Shown: in pieces, positions 46,791 through 48,506 of the stretch | Layout: each line of letters begins with the position of its first letter | Position numbering within the stretch: position 1 is the stretch's first letter | Source: Nanobdellati archaeon | Lineage (GTDB): Archaea; EX4484-52; GLR71 | Reading direction: 5' to 3' | DNA: 48,506 nucleotides | NCBI GenBank assembly: GCA_019429125.1 | Contig: JAHYJO010000012.1 | Span: forward strand, 1-48,506 | Translations under genes and position numbers: made by a program | Notes under the pieces: model-generated | Told to the model about the DNA's origin: nothing | The model's input: only the letters and a program-made list of their open reading frames with translations | Database searches by the model: none

Positions 46791-48506
46791 ATGAGTTTTA
46801 GAAGACATGTATTTGTATTTTTTACTTTGATTAGTATGTTATGCTTTTTTGGGGTTGCGAATGCGAGTGACCTAACTGTAACTACATTTCAGAATATTAC
46901 TGATAATTGTAATTATGTTTCTGGTACGCGCACATATAATTGTTCTGTTGATGCAAGTGGTAATGTTTGGGATAATATTAATATTGCAAATTCTATCAGT
47001 CTGCCTACATCGGGGGTATATTCTACAAATATAATTTTTACTACTAAAAATAATTTTGTATCTAAAAGTATTTTTGCTCTTGGTGGTGGTGCGGATAAAG
47101 ATCCAGGGCATGATGGCGGGTCAATAAAGATAGATGCTGGAAATATTACGATTGATGGTTCTTTGCATAATTATGGTACTTACTGTTATTCTTATAGTTG
47201 TTATAGTGGTTCTCGAGATACATATTGTCGTGATGGTGGTTATGGTGGCAATGTTGAACTTATATCTGAAAAGGATGTTGTGTTAACGGGGGTTATAAAT
47301 AGTTATGGTGGCCCTACTTCAAGTTGTGTTGGTGGTGGTCGTGGTGGGAATGGGGGTAGTGTGTATATTGTTGCAAATAATACAATAAATATGACAGATA
47401 TTAATATTTATGGTTCTTATGGGTCTGGTGGTGGCGCGGGTGGATTAATAACTGCGGTTTCTGATACTATAAAAATTAATAATATTGATGCTCAAGGTAA
47501 GGATGGTCGTACTAAATATCGTTCTGGTGGTGCTGGTGGGCAGATAGATATACTAAGTACTTATGTTGAATTGGGAAATATCAATCTTAATGGTGGTACT
47601 GGACAAAATTATGGTGGTGTTGGAGGGAATCTGATTTTAAAGGCTGATTATATTGATGGTATTGGTACAATTTCAGCAAGTACTTCACGGGGTAGGGATC
47701 AGTATGGTTTGATTGGTGGTACTGTTGAAATTTATTCTAAAGGCGACCTTGTCTTGAGTTCTATATCTGCTAATGGTGGTGCTGGTGGATCTGATGATTG
47801 GAGATATGGTGTTTATACTGGTGGTCCTGGGGGCACAGTTGTTGTAGAAACTAAAGGTATATTGACTGTAAATTCAACAATAGATACTTATGGTGGTTCT
47901 GGAGGGTATAAAGATGATAGTGATGGACAACCTGGTGGTCCTGGCGGGAAGATATATCTTACTGCTGAAGAGATAAGAGTCAATGGTTTGGTACGCGCTA
48001 ATGGTGGTGTTGGTGGGAGTGCAGATGACTGGACAGATAGGGGAGCAACTGGTGGCGTAGGTGGGTACATAAGGATTGTATCTGATATCCTTACAACTAC
48101 ACAAGAAATTCAAGCTATCGGAGGTAATGGTGGTAATGGTGGTGCATGTTCATCTGGTGGTTCAGGTGGTGCTGGGGGCAATATTGATATTTATAATTCT
48201 GATTCGTTGCTTGTATCACGGATTGATTCAGTTGTGCGTGTAAATGGTGGTGTTGGTGATGCTAGTTCTAGATGTAATAAAGGTCCATCTTGTGTTTGTG
48301 GTAACGGTGGTGCTGGTGGCGCTATAGATTTATTTAATGATGATTCAATAGCTATAAGTTCTGAGAAATTTAATGTATTAGGTGGTTTACCTCCTGCAGT
48401 TTCAGCTTCATATTGTACTGGTACTTGTGGTTATAGTGGTGCTTTAGGTAGGAAAGATTTAAGTTCTCGTACAGTACCTACTGGTTTTCGTTTGACTTCT
48501 AATATA
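46791..48506 (+). CDS. Large secreted Gly-rich repeat (beta-helix-like) surface protein, partial (not in ORF track)
   Basis: Signal peptide MSFRRHVFVFFTLISMLCFFGVANA; recurring GGxGGxVxI...IxAxGG units with Cys-containing loops; the frame appears open to the window edge. Alternative in-frame ATGs at 46773 and 46782. Confidence 0.85.
   Translation, partial: MSFRRHVFVFFTLISMLCFFGVANASDLTVTTFQNITDNCNYVSGTRTYNCSVDASGNVWDNINIANSISLPTSGVYSTNIIFTTKNNFVSKSIFALGGGADKDPGHDGGSIKIDAGNITIDGSLHNYGTYCYSYSCYSGSRDTYCRDGGYGGNVELISEKDVVLTGVINSYGGPTSSCVGGGRGGNGGSVYIVANNTINMTDINIYGSYGSGGGAGGLITAVSDTIKINNIDAQGKDGRTKYRSGGAGGQIDILSTYVELGNINLNGGTGQNYGGVGGNLILKADYIDGIGTISASTSRGRDQYGLIGGTVEIYSKGDLVLSSISANGGAGGSDDWRYGVYTGGPGGTVVVETKGILTVNSTIDTYGGSGGYKDDSDGQPGGPGGKIYLTAEEIRVNGLVRANGGVGGSADDWTDRGATGGVGGYIRIVSDILTTTQEIQAIGGNGGNGGACSSGGSGGAGGNIDIYNSDSLLVSRIDSVVRVNGGVGDASSRCNKGPSCVCGNGGAGGAIDLFNDDSIAISSEKFNVLGGLPPAVSASYCTGTCGYSGALGRKDLSSRTVPTGFRLTSNI

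Overview
Chromosomal window from an AT-rich archaeon. Gene content and order (two FtsZ paralogs, secE-spt5-uL11-uL1-uL10-P1, Hef, archaeosortase, class III pilin with Tad-type assembly genes, ATP-dependent ligase) suggest a DPANN lineage, but that assignment is inference. Most of the window is housekeeping. Two regions stand out. (1) 18.5-22.5 kb: a coiled-coil/winged-helix gene and an xerA gene converge on a ~1.3 kb AT-rich, repeat-filled non-coding tract. A palindromic dif-type site with the E. coli dif spacer lies 68 bp upstream of xerA. Two families of repeated DNA boxes are present: one forms inverted arrays at both ends, the other sits at 21-bp period inside the wHTH gene itself. This is my best candidate for an undescribed replication/segregation module. 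(2) 1-3.6 kb: an N-terminally broken type III restriction subunit of foreign composition, then a hairpin-rich attC-like tract and a palindromic site at the 3' end of a host-like, non-IntI tyrosine recombinase, a candidate integron-like capture system. Also found: initiator tRNA-Met, a deleted HEPN toxin, several small ORFs missing from the ORF track, a chimeric LeuRS, a ligase insertion and a Gly-rich surface protein running off the right edge. All calls come from motif recognition by eye; no searches were run.
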